Source: Octopus sinensis (Eukaryota). From it: a DNA stretch of 64,000 nucleotides. This document shows, piece by piece, positions 42,065-57,074 of the stretch. A program made the position numbers and the translations under genes. How positions within the stretch are numbered: position 1 is the first letter of the stretch; every line of letters begins with the position of its first letter. Under the pieces are notes generated by a model. That model was not told the origin of the DNA and ran no database searches. It saw only the letters and a list, made by a program, of their open reading frames with translations. The stretch is from assembly GCF_006345805.1 (NCBI RefSeq), contig NC_042997.1, positions 72,540,001-72,604,000 on the forward strand, in the 5' to 3' direction.

Positions 42065-42142
42065 AATTCGAGGAGGATACGATAACAGAGGAGTCAGAGC
42101 CTGAGACCGAGGAGACGGAGAATTTAGACCTGGAGACACCAG
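42065..42142 (+). CDS. Acidic-repeat mini-exon 14, EFEEDTITEESEPETEETENLDLETP
   Basis: AG/GT intact, 78 nt. Confidence 0.8.
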
Positions 42143-42540
42143 GTATGAATTATACATACATACATAATACATACATACATACATACATACATACATACAT
42201 ACACACACAAACACTAAAACCACTACTTGTTAGCTTTAACACTTTTCAAGTCTGTCCATTTGGAAATTTCTGTAAGTAGCTTGTCGTACCACATCACTTA
42301 TCAACTTCTGCCCCCTGCCCCAGTGCAAAGAGTTGCTGCACACTTCTTGCAGGATGGCTCTTCCATTAAGCTGTATGGTTTAAGGTTGCATCATGCTACC
42401 AAATGTTTAGCGAAGGCTGAAACCTGGAAGGATAAGTTCCCATGATTAGTGTTGATCACCGAAATTACCAGCTTTGTGCCAAAAGTTGAAACCAATATTA
42501 AAATTACATATAAAAGGTTTCCTCCTTTCAATTTCTCTAG

Positions 42541-42618
42541 AATTTGAAGAAGATACGATACCAGAGGAGTTAGAGTTTGAGACCGATGAGATGGAAGATT
42601 TAGAACTGGAGACACCAG
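42541..42618 (+). CDS. Acidic-repeat mini-exon 15, EFEEDTIPEELEFETDEMEDLELETP
   Basis: AG/GT intact, 78 nt. Confidence 0.8.
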
Positions 42619-43002
42619 GTATGAATTATACACATCTACATACATACATACATACATACATACATACATACATACATACATACATACATGTAGGCGCGTC
42701 AGAATGCCTATAAGAGATATTCACATCCATATATTATATGCGTCGTACGACTACGTATGGGTTATGCATTGTGTCGCAAATATTCAAAGCACATATTATA
42801 AAAGAGAAGCGAATCCCTGTCTATCTGTCCGTCACAGCATCTATTAGAGGAAGGGAAAGAAGGGAGGAATCAAAATATACGTCACAACTTATTTCTAGAA
42901 GGGGAGGAGAAAACGCTGTTGTTGAGAGAGAAATAGAGTGAGTGAGAGAGAGAGAGAGAAAGTGTGCGTGAAAGATAACCAGCTGTCTGCCATTCTGTCC
43001 GT

Positions 43003-43110
<108 letters not shown>

Positions 43111-43381
43111 GTTTCTTTCTATCTATCTATCTAAATATCTCTTTTGCACCTGGCTCTGTATATGTGTGTGTACTATATATATTATTAAGTTGGCTATTCG
43201 CAATTTAAAAGCCAGAAGGCACAAGTGAAATCGTCATTAAAGTCAATTAGGGTACAAATTAGCATCAGCATTACTATAAATAAAATACAATACAATTGTT
43301 AACTCCCCATACACACACATATTTATACATATATATATTCACACACATATGTATATATAATGTATCTAATAATGTATGTGT

Positions 43382-43680
43382 GGAGGCGCAATGGCCCAAT
43401 GGTTAGGGCAGTGGACTCGCGGTTGTAGGATCGCGGTTTCGATTCCCAGACCGAGCGTTGTGAGTGTTTATTGAGTGAAAACACCTAAAGCTCCGGCAGG
43501 GGGTGGTGGCGATCCCTGCTGTGCTCTTTCGCCATAACTTTCTCTCACTCTTTCTTCTGTTGGCCTGCTCGCTTAGCCAGCGGGGTGGCGTCATTTGAAG
43601 GCTAAAATAATGCGAAGCGCATTGTGACCAGCGATGTGTAGCAACATCTGATAGCCTGGTCGGTCACGGTGATTACGGTG
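43382..43680 (+). mobile_element. tRNA-headed SINE
   Basis: A box tggcccaatggttagggc and B box ggtttcgattccc followed by a non-tRNA body. Confidence 0.8.
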
Positions 43681-44454
43681 AATAATGTATGTAGATCTGT
43701 ATACGCACATACATACACATACACGCGCACACACATATATTTAGCTTTAAATTTCTGCATGTTTAAACATAAGAATTAATAGATACATGTAATGGTTGGT
43801 TGCATTCCCCAATGTCTGTTGCTTGTTTTTTGAATATATGTATTTTTATATCAACTAACAAATTAGCTAGTTAAGAAAATGTCTATAAGAGATGAAAGCA
43901 GTCTCTATACTGAGTAGTAAGGTTTAAGGCCACTTAAATATAATTGTTCCCAATGAACGGACGTTGCTGCTATTTTTTGCCTCCAGCTGGTTATTCGGTA
44001 CAATCTACACTCGATATATATTGCAAATGAGGAGATAACTCCTGCCATCTTCTAGCTCCGTGACCACCAGACTACAGTTTAGACCTCCTTGTGGTCATCC
44101 TCCGCTAGACACAGCAGTAGTTCCCTCCCGCTCGCAATATATAGAAAATAAGTGACACGCAGTCACTGATCTCGCAACAAGCAAATTAGCTAGTTGAGAA
44201 AATCGCTATACTGAGAAGTGAGGTAAGTTGTATCGGAAAGGTTTAATTGTTAAAATATATACCTACAATACTTGAATTTGGATAACATCAGTGAGAAGTA
44301 TATGAATTTTACTCTCAATACAGTTTCCTTTACTTTACTGATCCGCTTTCAACTACCTTATAAATATAAGGCACAACCTACGTGATCACATTGCAGAAGA
44401 ATCGTAGAAATTCCGTGAATGAAGTATTCACTAACAGAACCAAATGCTGCAATA

Positions 44455-44528
44455 ATCGTTCAGGTCACTGCTTGGAATCGAACTCGAAATCTTGGGGTTA
44501 AGCCCGCGCTCTTAACTACTACGCCATA
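44455..44528 (-). mobile_element. tRNA-like SINE head
   Basis: Minus strand tggcgtagtagttaagagcgcgggc...gagttcgattccaagcagtgacc; A and B boxes but no proper cloverleaf. Confidence 0.6.
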
Positions 44529-44813
44529 GGGAAACAAAAAACATGAAACGAACTTAAAAACCAGAAAAAAAGAACAGAATAATCGTTTATGTGTGAAGAC
44601 TGTACTAGGTTATATAAGTCGCAAATTTAAAAGTAATTTTTCATAGATATTTTGATATTTACTAGTTTCGAAGAGTTATTTAAATCATCAGATGCATTAT
44701 ATATATATTTTTTTGTGCGTGGTTTTTGTATTGTATCTCAAATAGCATAAACCACTAAATATTTAATACTAAATACTTTAAAAAATAAATTTCCTCCGTT
44801 TCTTTTTTACTAG

Positions 44814-44891
44814 AATTCGAAGAAAATATGATACGAGAAGAGGTAGAGTCTGAGGCCGAAGAGACAGAGAATCTAGAAATGGGGACACCAG
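44814..44891 (+). CDS. Acidic-repeat mini-exon 16, [26 protein letters not shown]
   Basis: ttttttactag acceptor, ag|gtatgg donor, 78 nt. Confidence 0.8.
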
Positions 44892-45002
44892 GTATGGCTA
44901 TATGTGCGTGTTTGTGTATGAGTGTGTGTGGGTATGTGTGTATGCATATGCAAAAATTTGATTGTGTATAGATGTGTTGCATACGTGAATATCAATATAT
45001 CG

Positions 45003-45066
<64 letters not shown>

Positions 45067-45579
45067 TAATAATAATAATGCCTTGATGCAGTACTAGGCA
45101 GTAGCTCTCATGGCTTCTGATCTTAACTGATTGGAAGTGTAATCATGTACATTATTTTGTCTTGATATAAAAGATGGGCTACAGCAAATATTCTGCTCAG
45201 TATCACAGATTTGCTTGTCAGTTGTTTGACCGTAACCAGTTGAGCATATCTCTTAGTGGCTGACGAAATGTGCATCTCTGATCACGACCAGAAGTAGTGG
45301 GGGAGCATCGTAGCTTTGTGCCGAGAGGTATTCTTTGGGTTTTGGATAATTCACCTTTGGAAGCATAGGTGTTTCGTTCAACATCCTTAAACAACCCTTA
45401 TTCAGAGAGGGGCGGGATGGGCTACTCGACCTGAAGAAAATTCTAACTGGGTCCCACCTGCAAGGTCATGCGCTGTTTATCTTGATATGAGATCACCATG
45501 TCACGTACATATGGTTGTGATACATGTGCCTAGTGTACCTTTATCAGACGGGTAGTCATGATGGGTATACAATGATAAA

Positions 45580-46010
45580 TAGTTAAATATAACAATGACA
45601 AATAGTTAAAAAAGAATAAAAACAATATTGTCAATGATATCAGTGATAATAACAATAATAATAATGAAAAGAAGCGGGTGGAGCCTCTCCATATCCTGGT
45701 TAATGATACATCTAGTGATAATGTCACAATAGAAACACTGGTAATTGCGCAATCTGATAATCGATACCTCATATGAGTGACAACGAAAAAACAAAATATT
45801 GTGAATAACGGTGGTAATGAAACTGAAGCTATTGATGGTGACAATGTTGCACTCGGCAGGCTCAGAGATTCTGGTCCGGCTCCAGCCTGTCGATATCCAG
45901 AAAGGGAACACCACACACGGCGTAGATGGAGCAAGCAAATTAATGCTGTGGTCATGGAGTGTTATTACATGAGCAACTCTGTAGATGAAAATAGTGCTCA
46001 AATTAGGAGT
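45580..46010 (+). mobile_element. 5' fragment of an R4/Dong-like LINE
   Basis: RRRWSKQINAVVMECYYMS resembles the R4/Dong N-terminal motif. Confidence 0.45.
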
Positions 46011-46236
46011 TACACTCGCACACACACAAATACACACACACATACAATATACACACGTGTAATACGTACATACATAAAACCATTCAATGTCTGTCTCTGT
46101 TTATGTATCTCAGTTTCTCTCTCATTGTGTCTCTGTGTTTGTACGCACACACAGACACACGCATACACACACGCGTACACGCACACGCACACACATACAT
46201 ACGCAAATAGATAGATAAATAGACAGACAGACAGAC

Positions 46237-46295
<59 letters not shown>

Positions 46296-46316
46296 CAGAT
46301 AGATAGATAGATAGAC

Positions 46317-46386
<70 letters not shown>

Positions 46387-46573
46387 AGATAAAGCTTCGA
46401 CGAATATTCGGATATTTACTAGTTAAGTATAGATTTGAATGCATATGTCAGTTGTGATGTTTTATTTTACATGGTTTTTGTATTATGTCTCAAATATTCA
46501 AGTAGCATAAAATACTTTAAGCATTAAATATTAAAAATTTCAATAATCAACTTCCTTCATTCTGTTTCTCTAG

Positions 46574-46651
46574 AATTCGCAGAGAATACGATGCCAGAGG
46601 AGTTAGAGTCTGAAGCCGAGGAGACGAAGAATTTAGAGCTGGAAACCCCAG
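46574..46651 (+). CDS. Acidic-repeat mini-exon 17, [26 protein letters not shown]
   Basis: AG/GT intact, 78 nt. Confidence 0.8.
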
Positions 46652-47599
46652 GTATGAATTATGCACGTATGTATACGCGCGTGTTTACATCATGAATACA
46701 GAAACTGCTGGAACCACTTGAATGTATTGCAAGCTTTTCCTTTGAATCTATCTTAATGTTGAAAATCATTCCATATTACCTACGGATATTTCCAGGATAG
46801 GCCAATGTGCGGAATACGTGTCAAATAATAGAAATAATAATAATTAAGCACAAAACATCGTATTTAATGAAATATTAAACAAATCGGCATTTCAGAAAAA
46901 GGTGTAGAAACACGTAGTCTTGCACTTTACCTTATCAGTGTCTTGCAATAAATACAACAGGTGTTAAAAGCTCCACATATATACACTTTTACTATTGTGC
47001 ATATTATTAACAACTTCGCAAGTTACATAATAAAGAAAAGGACAGGAAAAGTAGCATATGAGTTCCTGCGTACGTTTCTCCAGTGTTGTCGTTTGGAGCT
47101 TTGCATCGGTTGCTCCAAGTGCAATTCGATGCTTAATTACAATGAATCATCAGAGAGCATTTTATTTATTATGTTACAGATACCTAATGTCTAGAGTCGG
47201 GTAGATGCCGAGGCATTTTATAAGTATTTTGAGAAGGAAGCAGAAAGAGAACAATTGAAAGAGGAAGATAAAGAGGGACTAAGAAACAAGAGAAAGGTAG
47301 AAGAAAATAATTCAATCTTATGTACTTACAATAGGATTACAGATAAAAATAAAAACCCTCTAACTTGATAATCAACACTACGCAAACAAAAAATGTCCTT
47401 TCTACGATAGACATAAAATATCTAAATACACCAACTACGCAGCCTCACTGAAACCAAACCAAACATAATTACACTTGACTAGTATTAATCCTGACTAATA
47501 CTCATAAATCTACCTCTACAACTATATCCGCTGTATTTCTTTTGAAGCTAATCCTGATACTAATATTGGTTTCAAATTTTGGTTCAAGATCAACAATTT

Positions 47600-47772
47600 T
47601 TGGGGAGGGGGTAAGTCAATTATACCGACCCCAGTGCTCAACTGGTATTTATTTTATCGGCCCTGAAAGGATGAAAGGCATAGCCAACCTCGATGGAACT
47701 TGAACTCAGAAAGGTAAAAACGGACGAAATGACGTTAAGCATTTTGCAAACGATTCTTCCGGCTCTCGTCCT
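47600..47772 (-). mobile_element. tRNA-derived SINE
   Basis: Minus strand has the B box ctgagttcaagttcc followed by ...cctttcatcctttcagggccgataaaataaat...cactggggtcgg. Confidence 0.65.
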
Positions 47773-48207
47773 TATTTGCTGATTCTAATATCAATAATGC
47801 TACTACTAATAATAATACTATTACCAATGTTGTTGCACCTTCTGTTCTGCTGTTGTAAATACTACTAGGAATATTGGTGGTGGTGATGATGATTGTAATG
47901 GTCTGTATTTGTAAGTTATATGTTTACACGATCACTTTGCAGAAAAATTTGTCAATGAAGTATCCACTAACATAACAAAGTGTTGAGATCATCTCAATCA
48001 CAGAGTTTTTAATTATTTTTTTTTAACTAAACAGTGTGATTGAGATGGAATAGATCCAAGTGTTGCAATGATTATTTGTAATATGAAGATTTTATGAGGT
48101 TAAACAAGCTACAGATTTCGAACTACTTGTTCATAAATATTCTGATATTATAAATATTTATTATTTATAACTTAATATAAAAGATTTCATTCATTCCATT
48201 TTTCTAG

Positions 48208-48285
48208 CATTCGAAGACTATACAAAACCAGAAGAGTTAGAGTCTGAGGCCGAAGTGACGGAAAATTTAGAAATGGAGACACGGG
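48208..48285 (+). CDS. Acidic-repeat mini-exon 18, [26 protein letters not shown]
   Basis: tttttctag acceptor, gg|gtatgaattac donor, 78 nt. Confidence 0.75.
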
Positions 48286-48458
48286 GTATGAATTACATAT
48301 GCATATATACACACGTATATCCCAATATATATGCCCCCCCCACATCACATACTTTCTATGATTTTGAATATATTTTGTGGTCTCAAATAGCATAGAAAAC
48401 TTTAAATATTCAACAATGAAATTTTATGTAAAAGTTTTCCTCCTTTCCATTTCTCTAG

Positions 48459-48536
48459 AATTTGAAGAGAATGCGATACCAGAAGAGTTAGAGTCCGAGG
48501 CTGAGGAGGCAGAGGATTTAGAGCTGGAGACACTAG
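48459..48536 (+). CDS. Acidic-repeat mini-exon 19, [26 protein letters not shown]
   Basis: AG/GT intact, 78 nt. Confidence 0.8.
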
Positions 48537-48581
48537 GTATGAATTACATATACATACATATATACATACATACATGGACGC

Positions 48582-48612
<31 letters not shown>

Positions 48613-48649
48613 CATACATACATACATACATACATACATACATACAAAT

Positions 48650-49717
48650 CATATTGGGACGATCTGCATACAGAATTAAACTATTTTACTGCGAGGCAAC
48701 TACGTCAACAAGCAACATTTGTAGAACATAGAAAGAAGGCTAGTAAATGTAACTTTATTAAAAAATCGAAATTTAACCTTCTTCCCAAAGCTGGGCTACA
48801 CATATAAGCAGCAAAGTTGACATGGCCCGCAGAATGTGTTCCTGGATTCTCAGAACCCTCCAGTCGAGAGATTCCCACACCATTATCCTTCTCTTCTCCA
48901 CTTTTGCCCGACCCCACCTTGAATACTGCTGTCCACGGATCTTTTCATTTTGAAGGCCAGCTTTTCCTAGTTAACTAAACAATTTGAAACTTCGTATACT
49001 GGTAGAATGTGTCAAAAGAAAACATAATTGTAAACCAAAATGAAAACGGAATTGTAATTTCTAAGTTTAACGTTGTTTAATAATTCGAATTTTAACCAAT
49101 GGTATTCTTTCTTTCGACTTCATATCATTTACTGCCTCTCAAAATATTGTTACTGTGACGTAAACAGCTATTTTGTGATGTAGTTAACGTAAACATGTAA
49201 ATAGCTGAAATGTAAACATCCGCTTATCGTAAACTGCTAAATTCGCTTGGCATCGTACACAGCTTTTTCAGTTCCCTAGAATTATATTTGAAACAAAATA
49301 AAAATAAAAAGATTCATACGCATAAATATCCATCCTTAGACATCAAAAAGATTAGAAATGCAACAAAAATTTAAAATACCGGATCTTTACCTTTTGACCT
49401 ACATATTAAAAAAAATTTTTTTCTAACTAAACACTTTCAAACTTCGTGGAGTATATATAAAATTTGTGTAGATCCTAAATAGCTACACACACATGTATAC
49501 AAACATATGCATATATATATATACACCTATATACACATATTCTAATGCATATGCATATATGTGTATATATTTATAATGTGTGTGTATTATAGATGCATAC
49601 ATTATATATATATAAAAGATGTTTACATACAATATATATATATGTTATATACATCTACATGTATATGTATGTATGTATATATAAGTACCACAGAATTTGA
49701 ATCAAACTGTTTTGATC

Positions 49718-49748
<31 letters not shown>

Positions 49749-51120
49749 CACACACACACACACACATACACACACACACACACATACATACACACATACT
49801 AAAATTACATCGCTGGAGCAGTAATTTATTTATGTATTTTTTGTTATACAATTTATTTTAAAGCTGAATCCCTATCCTGCCATTAACCCCTTTCTTATAA
49901 AATAGTTGAAGAATCTGGGGTGTAGGAATTGGGCCAGTATTGGAACTTTTAACTTTTTGCTCTCTATCTTATGATCTCCGAAATTTAAGAATCTTGTGTT
50001 AACTAGGCTCTTATTATTTACTCTGACTCTGCCACCACGTCAATGCAAAGACTATCAATATCAGAATCATCTTCACAACCACCACTGAGACATCCTAACA
50101 TAATCAATGCCACTACTACTATCATCATCCACTGCCGCCACCACCACCACCACCTCTACAAAAACACCAACACTATAATTGCTGCCATCATACACATCCA
50201 CTGTCACCACTACACCACCACCACCACTGCCATGATAACCACATCTACCACAGCTGTTTGCTTACTGCTTACCTACGCTGTTTAAAATTTTCACAAAATA
50301 GCAGTCTACGTCACAGTAACACTATGCAGTTAATGATTTCAAATGAAAACTGACAATACGATTGGTTAAAATTCGCAGATTTAAACTACGTTTAAACTTA
50401 TAAAATACATTTTTATCAAAAAAACTAGTTGAAATTAATGTTTTCTTTTGACACATTCTACCAGTATATGAACTTTCAAATTATTTAGTTAACTAGAAAA
50501 ATCTGAAAAATCTGGCCTTCAAAATGAAAAGATCCCTGTCCACTGTGGTCTCCCTACACAAAACAAAATATTATGAGAATTGAAGCTCCCAAAAGGTCAA
50601 TCACAAAAAAGATAGATGGCATGTCAGACCTCGACTACTGGGGTAGATTAGAGAAGCTGAAACTGTATTCACTCCAACGACGCCGTGAACGCTACATTAT
50701 CTGTATGATGTGGAAAATATTCCATAAGCACTGTCCGGATGATGTTGGCATCACCTTCAAAATACATCCAAGGCTTGGACCACGCCATCCTTCCACAACA
50801 AAAATCTAAATCACATCACATAACGACAATACGGCACAATTATTTCACCTCAATTGGACCCGCTCTCTTCAACATTACACCAGGACACGTCAATACAGAA
50901 ACTGACCACACAAAATTCAAGAAGTCTTTGGATAAATTCCTTCAAACAGTCCCGGACAAACCACCCACACCCGGATATGTCACCGCAAACAATAACTCTC
51001 TGCTCGAATGGGCCTTGGTGCCCAAATCCTGGATTGAAAGACTTCGCCAGTTAGTGCTGTTAAGTCAGACATGGCCTGGGCCAATACTGGCCAAAACCTT
51101 TCTAAGTTATTCTAAGTTTA
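48650..51120 (+). mobile_element. CR1-like LINE 3' fragment split by a DNA transposon (48650-48936 and 50544-51120)
   Basis: RPHLEYCCPLWSPYTKQNIMRIEAP...LDYWGRLEKLKLYSLQRRRERY reads across the insertion. Confidence 0.85.
48937..50535. mobile_element. Non-autonomous TIR DNA transposon, 1599 bp, 8-bp TSD CTGTCCAC
   Basis: TSD at 48929-48936 and 50536-50543; TIRs ggatcttttcattttgaaggccag... / ...ctggccttcaaaatgaaaagatcc extend ~100 bp. Confidence 0.9.
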
Positions 51121-51292
51121 AGCAAAAACGAAAACATGAATGATATAAGACCACCACGTGGTTTGGCAGCTAGCGACATTCCAACAGATTCCATAGTGCC
51201 TGCCAGCCAAACTACATTACTGGCTCAAGTTACTGACGCCTGTCCTCCAAATACGACTATGGTAAATAGCAGGCACAACCGCAACGTTTATT

Positions 51293-51354
<62 letters not shown>

Positions 51355-51419
51355 TGTCAGGATTATATGCTGGTGAAATGTGCCCTTACTGAAATTTTCC
51401 GAGAAAAAATAACTTTAGC

Positions 51420-54400
51420 TTTGAAGGACTAGCTCGAGAAGAGAGTATTCTCTACCAAATTAAGTGAAAAAAACACACACCAGAGACAGTATTAAAAGCT
51501 GTTAACGAAATTGGTGATGAGTATATACAACAGTTTGATGAACCCACATACTGGCAGATTAACGCCTGTCTATATTCTCTGGCTACTGTACATGAAATTC
51601 AAAAAGTAAAACAAAACCGAAATAACAAAGGAAGTACCATCATGAGTTTTAAAGACAGAGAAAAAGATAACTGGTTTACGGAAGACCATCAGTCATATAA
51701 TGATGCTTATTGTGTGCAAACAACCAGATCACTATAAGTCCCACCAACAGAAAGTAAAGAAGGAGATAGAAATGATGTTGGGAGATAGCAAAAGAGGACA
51801 TTCACTTGCAAACTGATTAGTCTTCAAGCAGGAGCTAAAAGCTGTCAGTAAAACACTACGACATTAGAAGAGAATAATCGAGAGAAGAACAATAAATAAA
51901 AATTTAACCGGAACTAGGCAGCAGTATACAGAAACATGATAGGTGGAGCAGTAAATATGATGGAAGCTCCTCCACGAGAAGACATAGACACCTTCTTGAG
52001 GAAAATCTGGGGTGAAGAGAAGTGTAGTGGTTAAGTGTGTATCAATGAACATAGATGCAAATGGAATGTGTATGTAAACAAATACGTAAACCGATCCATA
52101 ACTGAAAAGAATTTATTTACAGGGTTTGATTCGTTATAGGTACACTCATACAAAATGTTGGCAACTGCTACGAGTTGCTAGAAATACAGAGTACATTTGT
52201 GGGTGTCATATCAGGAATGAATATGTTTGTGTGTGTGCGTTGTTCATTTGAAACAGTAGTCTATCGGCACTTCGAACATTTTCTCTGTCTCTGCGGTCTG
52301 CCAAAACCTTGGGTCGTAGATAGATCTATCTCGTCTGTCTGCCCCGTTTGTCTGCCTCCTTTCTTGATTCACTACCGTATTTATAACAAAAAGTGGCAGC
52401 TAGAAAGACAGACATACTGCAGCAGAGTTTGTACCTAAATAAGTCAGCCCCTGTCCAGTTGAACTTCGCCTGACATGCTGAGGTCGCAGGTCAAAAAGAG
52501 ATGATCAATCAATTTTTGACAGGACAAAGAAAACCTTTTTTCGCGCCTGTTGATCGTCGTGGCTTGGACGACCGAGAATTCTTGGATTCGGTTTCGAATC
52601 TAGGCTTGGAGAAGGAAGTGTTAATTCTTACAGAAGGAATTTAATCAAGATGCTCTGTGGCTGGAAGAAATCCGAAAAAGTTATTGTTCCTGCGTTATAT
52701 CCAAGACATACAACATTGATGGTGAAACTCTTGCAACTGCGATCAAGAAACTCCAGGATGGAAAAGTACTTGGAAGAGGCTTGATTGTTGGATATTGGTA
52801 CAAGACGCTAACATTCTACCGACCATATCTTATCAATCTGTACCAGCAATCTTTCATTGGTAACAGTAGCATACCGAACTGGTTAGCTCTGGCAGAGATA
52901 AAATTCATCCCCAAATGCAGAACCACTCACATGGCAAAAAAACTACCAACCAATTGCATGCCAGAAGTTGATGTATATACATGTATATACAGCATGTTTA
53001 AACCTCTTCCTCCAGGACCATTGGGAAACCAATTACATTATCACAGCAGAACAAACAGCTGAGAAGAAGGGAGTCTGGAGATGTGACGGGCAATTGTTAA
53101 TCAACAAAACTCTGATGTCAGAGGTGCGACAGCATAGGAGGAACCTAGTTTCAATGTGGCTAGACTACAAGACTCTGTTCCCCATTTATGAATGCTAGAA
53201 TCCCTTCAACTTGCTAAAGTTCCAGTGAGCATAGTCAAAGCCATAGCTGACCTGACATCATCGTGGGTGACCATCTTGAAATTAAATACAAAGAGCAACT
53301 GTATTATCACTGACAGAATACAGTATCACAAAGGCATATTCCAAGGAGACAGCCTCTCTGTGATGTTTATACTTTCTGTAAATTCCTTTTAATTCGTGTT
53401 AAGGAAGTCAGAAGGATATCTCACTGGTTCTCAAGGAAACAGAAATACCACAATTACACAGTTTCTTTGTGGATGACTGAAAACTTTATGCAAAGAATAT
53501 GCATGAAAAGAAAAAGAGACTTGACCTAGTTACAACATTTTCAAAGGATGTAGGATTAGAGTTTGGTCAGGATAAATGTTGTTATATGTTTATGAAAAGG
53601 GGGAAAACTATAAACCAGACTAGTAACATCTCCATCAATGATTTGACTTTTTCCCTTGTATTTGACGAGGAATGTTACAGGTGTCTAGGGGTGGATGAAA
53701 GTATATCTTACAAAGGTACCTTAACAAAACACGTGTCACTGAAGAATATGACAGCCGAATAAAGAAAATTTGGATCTCAGAACTCTCTGCATTCAATAAA
53801 ACAGCGGTCCACAATCTGTTTGCAGTGCCAGTACTCATAACAATATTTGGGCTGCTTGATTGGACGCTTGATGAGATCCGAGCCATTGATGTGAAAACCC
53901 GAAAAATACTAACAAGCACACATAATTTCCACATAAATAGTGACGTAGACCGCTTCTACCTAAAACGAAAACAAGGCGGCAGATGATTAACATCGATCCA
54001 AAATGCCTTTCAATGTTGCATCATATCTCTTCGGCAACATATTTTAACTACTATGTATCGAAGTCCACCCCTGGACCAAGTTTGCATACCTAAGGCTGAC
54101 AACATCATAAGACTTTGGAGGCAGCTCCTTGAGAAACACTCTTTGTCTGATAACCTAGAATACATGCCCAAAGAAGACGTACGACTCTACAGCAACGTAT
54201 CATCAGATGATAGGATGAGCCTATATGAGCAGAAGGCTATGCATGGATTTTAGTAGAAAGCTCTGTGATGATAGAAACATCGATCATCAAAGCAGTTTAT
54301 CTTGGACAGCCGGATTACTACCTCCCACTTAGTAATCCAGGAACAGGAAATATCAACCAATACCTGATACATAAGAGACAGAGGTGCAGGAAAAGCAGTA

Positions 54401-55275
54401 AAATGTAACTACTGATGCAAATTTTGTGGAGTTCACACCGAAGATATCACCCACATGATATGCAGTTGTCCGAAAATGTCATCACGGTATTATCTACCGA
54501 TGAGATATGATATTATAGCTAGGGCATTCTAAAATGAAATCCATCGGAAGGATAATCCTGAGGACAAAGAAATAAAAAACCCACAGTATGGTAGACGCCA
54601 TAGCCGCTCATAATGAAAAGGAATACTGATGGAATGTACCAGTGAAGACCTCAAGAAAATGTAAACACAATATACCTGATATAATGATTTGAGATGGAGA
54701 AAAGAAACTGTGCGCAGTTGTGGAAATTAGCTGCTCAGCGGATGTTAATATATGGCTGAAGATCAGTGAAAAAGAGAACACCTATGCTGAACTATTGAGA
54801 TTATCAGTTCAGGTTCATACCTGTAATTATTGGGACCCTGGGATATGTAACACACTGCCTAAATAAGAATCTTGAGAAATTAGGCTTTTCAAAACCAAAA
54901 AGGGGAAAAATTCGAAGACTACAGGTCCAACCATCACTGAAACTGTAAAAATCTGTAATACTTTCCAGATGTTTATAATTTAAATATATATGAGCATATC
55001 TAGATATGCAACTATATTCATGAATGTACATACATAAAACATACAAATCTGCACATACATACATACATACATACATACATACATACATACATACATACAT
55101 ACATACATACATACATACATACATACATACGTACATACGTACATACATACATACATACATACATACAAACAAAAATACCCTGTTGATGTTGAAGTTCCAA
55201 TGAAGGAACCTTAGATCTAGGTTAGAAACCGGTTCTTTCTCTATTGGCACGAAATCTTGAATAAACTGAATAATA
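51420..55275 (+). mobile_element. Degenerate R4/Dong-like non-LTR retrotransposon (RT, CCHC finger, REL endonuclease)
   Basis: WLDYK, GIFQGDSLS, FVDD*K, FSKDVGLEFGQDKC, NLFAVPVL, CGVHTEDITHMICSC, PDI..VEISC; followed by (CATA)n. Confidence 0.85.
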
Positions 55276-55559
55276 ACATACATACATGCATACATACATA
55301 CATACATACATACATACATACATACATACATACATACATACATACGTACATACATACATACATACATACATACATACATACGTACATACATACATACATA
55401 CATACATAAATAAATAAATAAATAAACTCACAGGTGCTCATAGTTTAACCACCATAATTGTATTGCACTCATAGAAAACAAGTTCAAGTGATCGGAGTGA
55501 TGTTAACGCTAACCCCTCTGAGAACACGAGTTTGCGCTTCAGGTTGTTTCATCTTCCAG

Positions 55560-56000
55560 TTTGAGGCTGGATGCAAAATAGAAAGCGGGTTACCTATTGT
55601 TTTCTCATTAGATGTCAGCTTCTTTAAGAACCTGATTTCCTTGTGTGGTGGTAGCTGCCCGTACATTTGAAAATTTCTGCAAGTACCTTCATTCGTATCG
55701 GCTTTTTCCCACTGCCTCAGTGCAAAGAGTTGTTTCGCACTACTTGCAGGATGTACCTTCTTGTTTGCTTTATATATTAAGGTTGTTTGGAGTTGGAAAT
55801 AGATTACTGACGGTACACAGATGGAATGATAATTTTCCTTGGTCAGTACTTTAGAACTCTTTCCGGAACAGCGACCGCTCGTGTGCCTGGTCCCATTATA
55901 TCCATTGTCTCTGGTGGACAAATCTACTGTCTTCACAGAGCGATACCTTTCTGCTCAATCATCGATCCGTTGCACTATGAAGTCTCCCTTGGCATTTGTT
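55560..56000 (-). mobile_element. Degenerate LINE 3' fragment, homologous to ~42220-42480
   Basis: Shared cagtgcaaagagttg...cacttcttgcaggatg sequence; remnant Cys-finger-like translation. Confidence 0.35.
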
Positions 56001-57074
56001 TATTTCCCACCTCTTGATTTTGTAGAGGATACGTTTTAAATATTACTGCCGGACAAGTCCAAAACGTCCCGGTATCTTCGATATGCTTCCGCTTCCTTCG
56101 CAGCATCCTGGAACTTCCACTTTCTGCTGCACTTTATGGTTCTGTTGGCATACTTGAATCTAACATCCTCAGACAGAAGCAATGTGTTGACAAACTTTGT
56201 CTTTGTGGCCTTGAATTCCCATGCTACTTATGAAACCGGTGGTGGTGCAAAGAGGTCTTGCTATTCAGATTGACTGTCTGTTACCTACACTCGAGACATC
56301 AAAGTACTATTGTCAAAACGGCTACGGCAGTTTGATTATGATACCATGCTGGAAGCAACATACATGAATGAAAATAGTTATCAGAGACACTGACTAGGCA
56401 GGTGGTGTGAAAACCTACGGCGAGCTACTAATATACTTCCGATTCGCAAATGACATCGCACACGTCGCTGAAACACTAATATACGTATATAAATGTTTAA
56501 AAGTATGTATGTATGTAGACTGGTAAGGATTTATACATAAATATCTGTAATGGTTGATTGTATACCTGTACGTATGTTTTTCTTTGTTTTTAAATATTTG
56601 TGCCTTTAATACTTGAGAAGAAGCTGGTGCTTTACTTCTAAAAAAACCCCATAAAAATGCAATACTTGAATCTAGATACTATCAACGAGAAGTGTATGAG
56701 TTTGACTCCAGTTAAGTCTTTACCATTTTACTGATCTTGCAGCTTATATTCGTAAGATATATATTACGCGATTACTTTCTAGGAAAATTCTAGACATTCA
56801 AGATCGTCAATAAAACATTCACGAACATAACCAAGTTTCACAATAATTATTTGTAAATGTGTAAGGATTTTGTCAGGTTAAAGATGCAGCAGACACGTGA
56901 TATTTATTCATAAAATGTTTCAATATTTACTAGTTCAGGAGAGATATGCAAATCCGTATGTGTTATTTTACTTTGCATTGTTCTTGTATTGTGTCAAAAA
57001 TATTGCGTCAAAAATACTCAAATAGCATAAGAATTTTAAATAGTTAGTATTAAAACTCCATGTCATTTCTCTGG

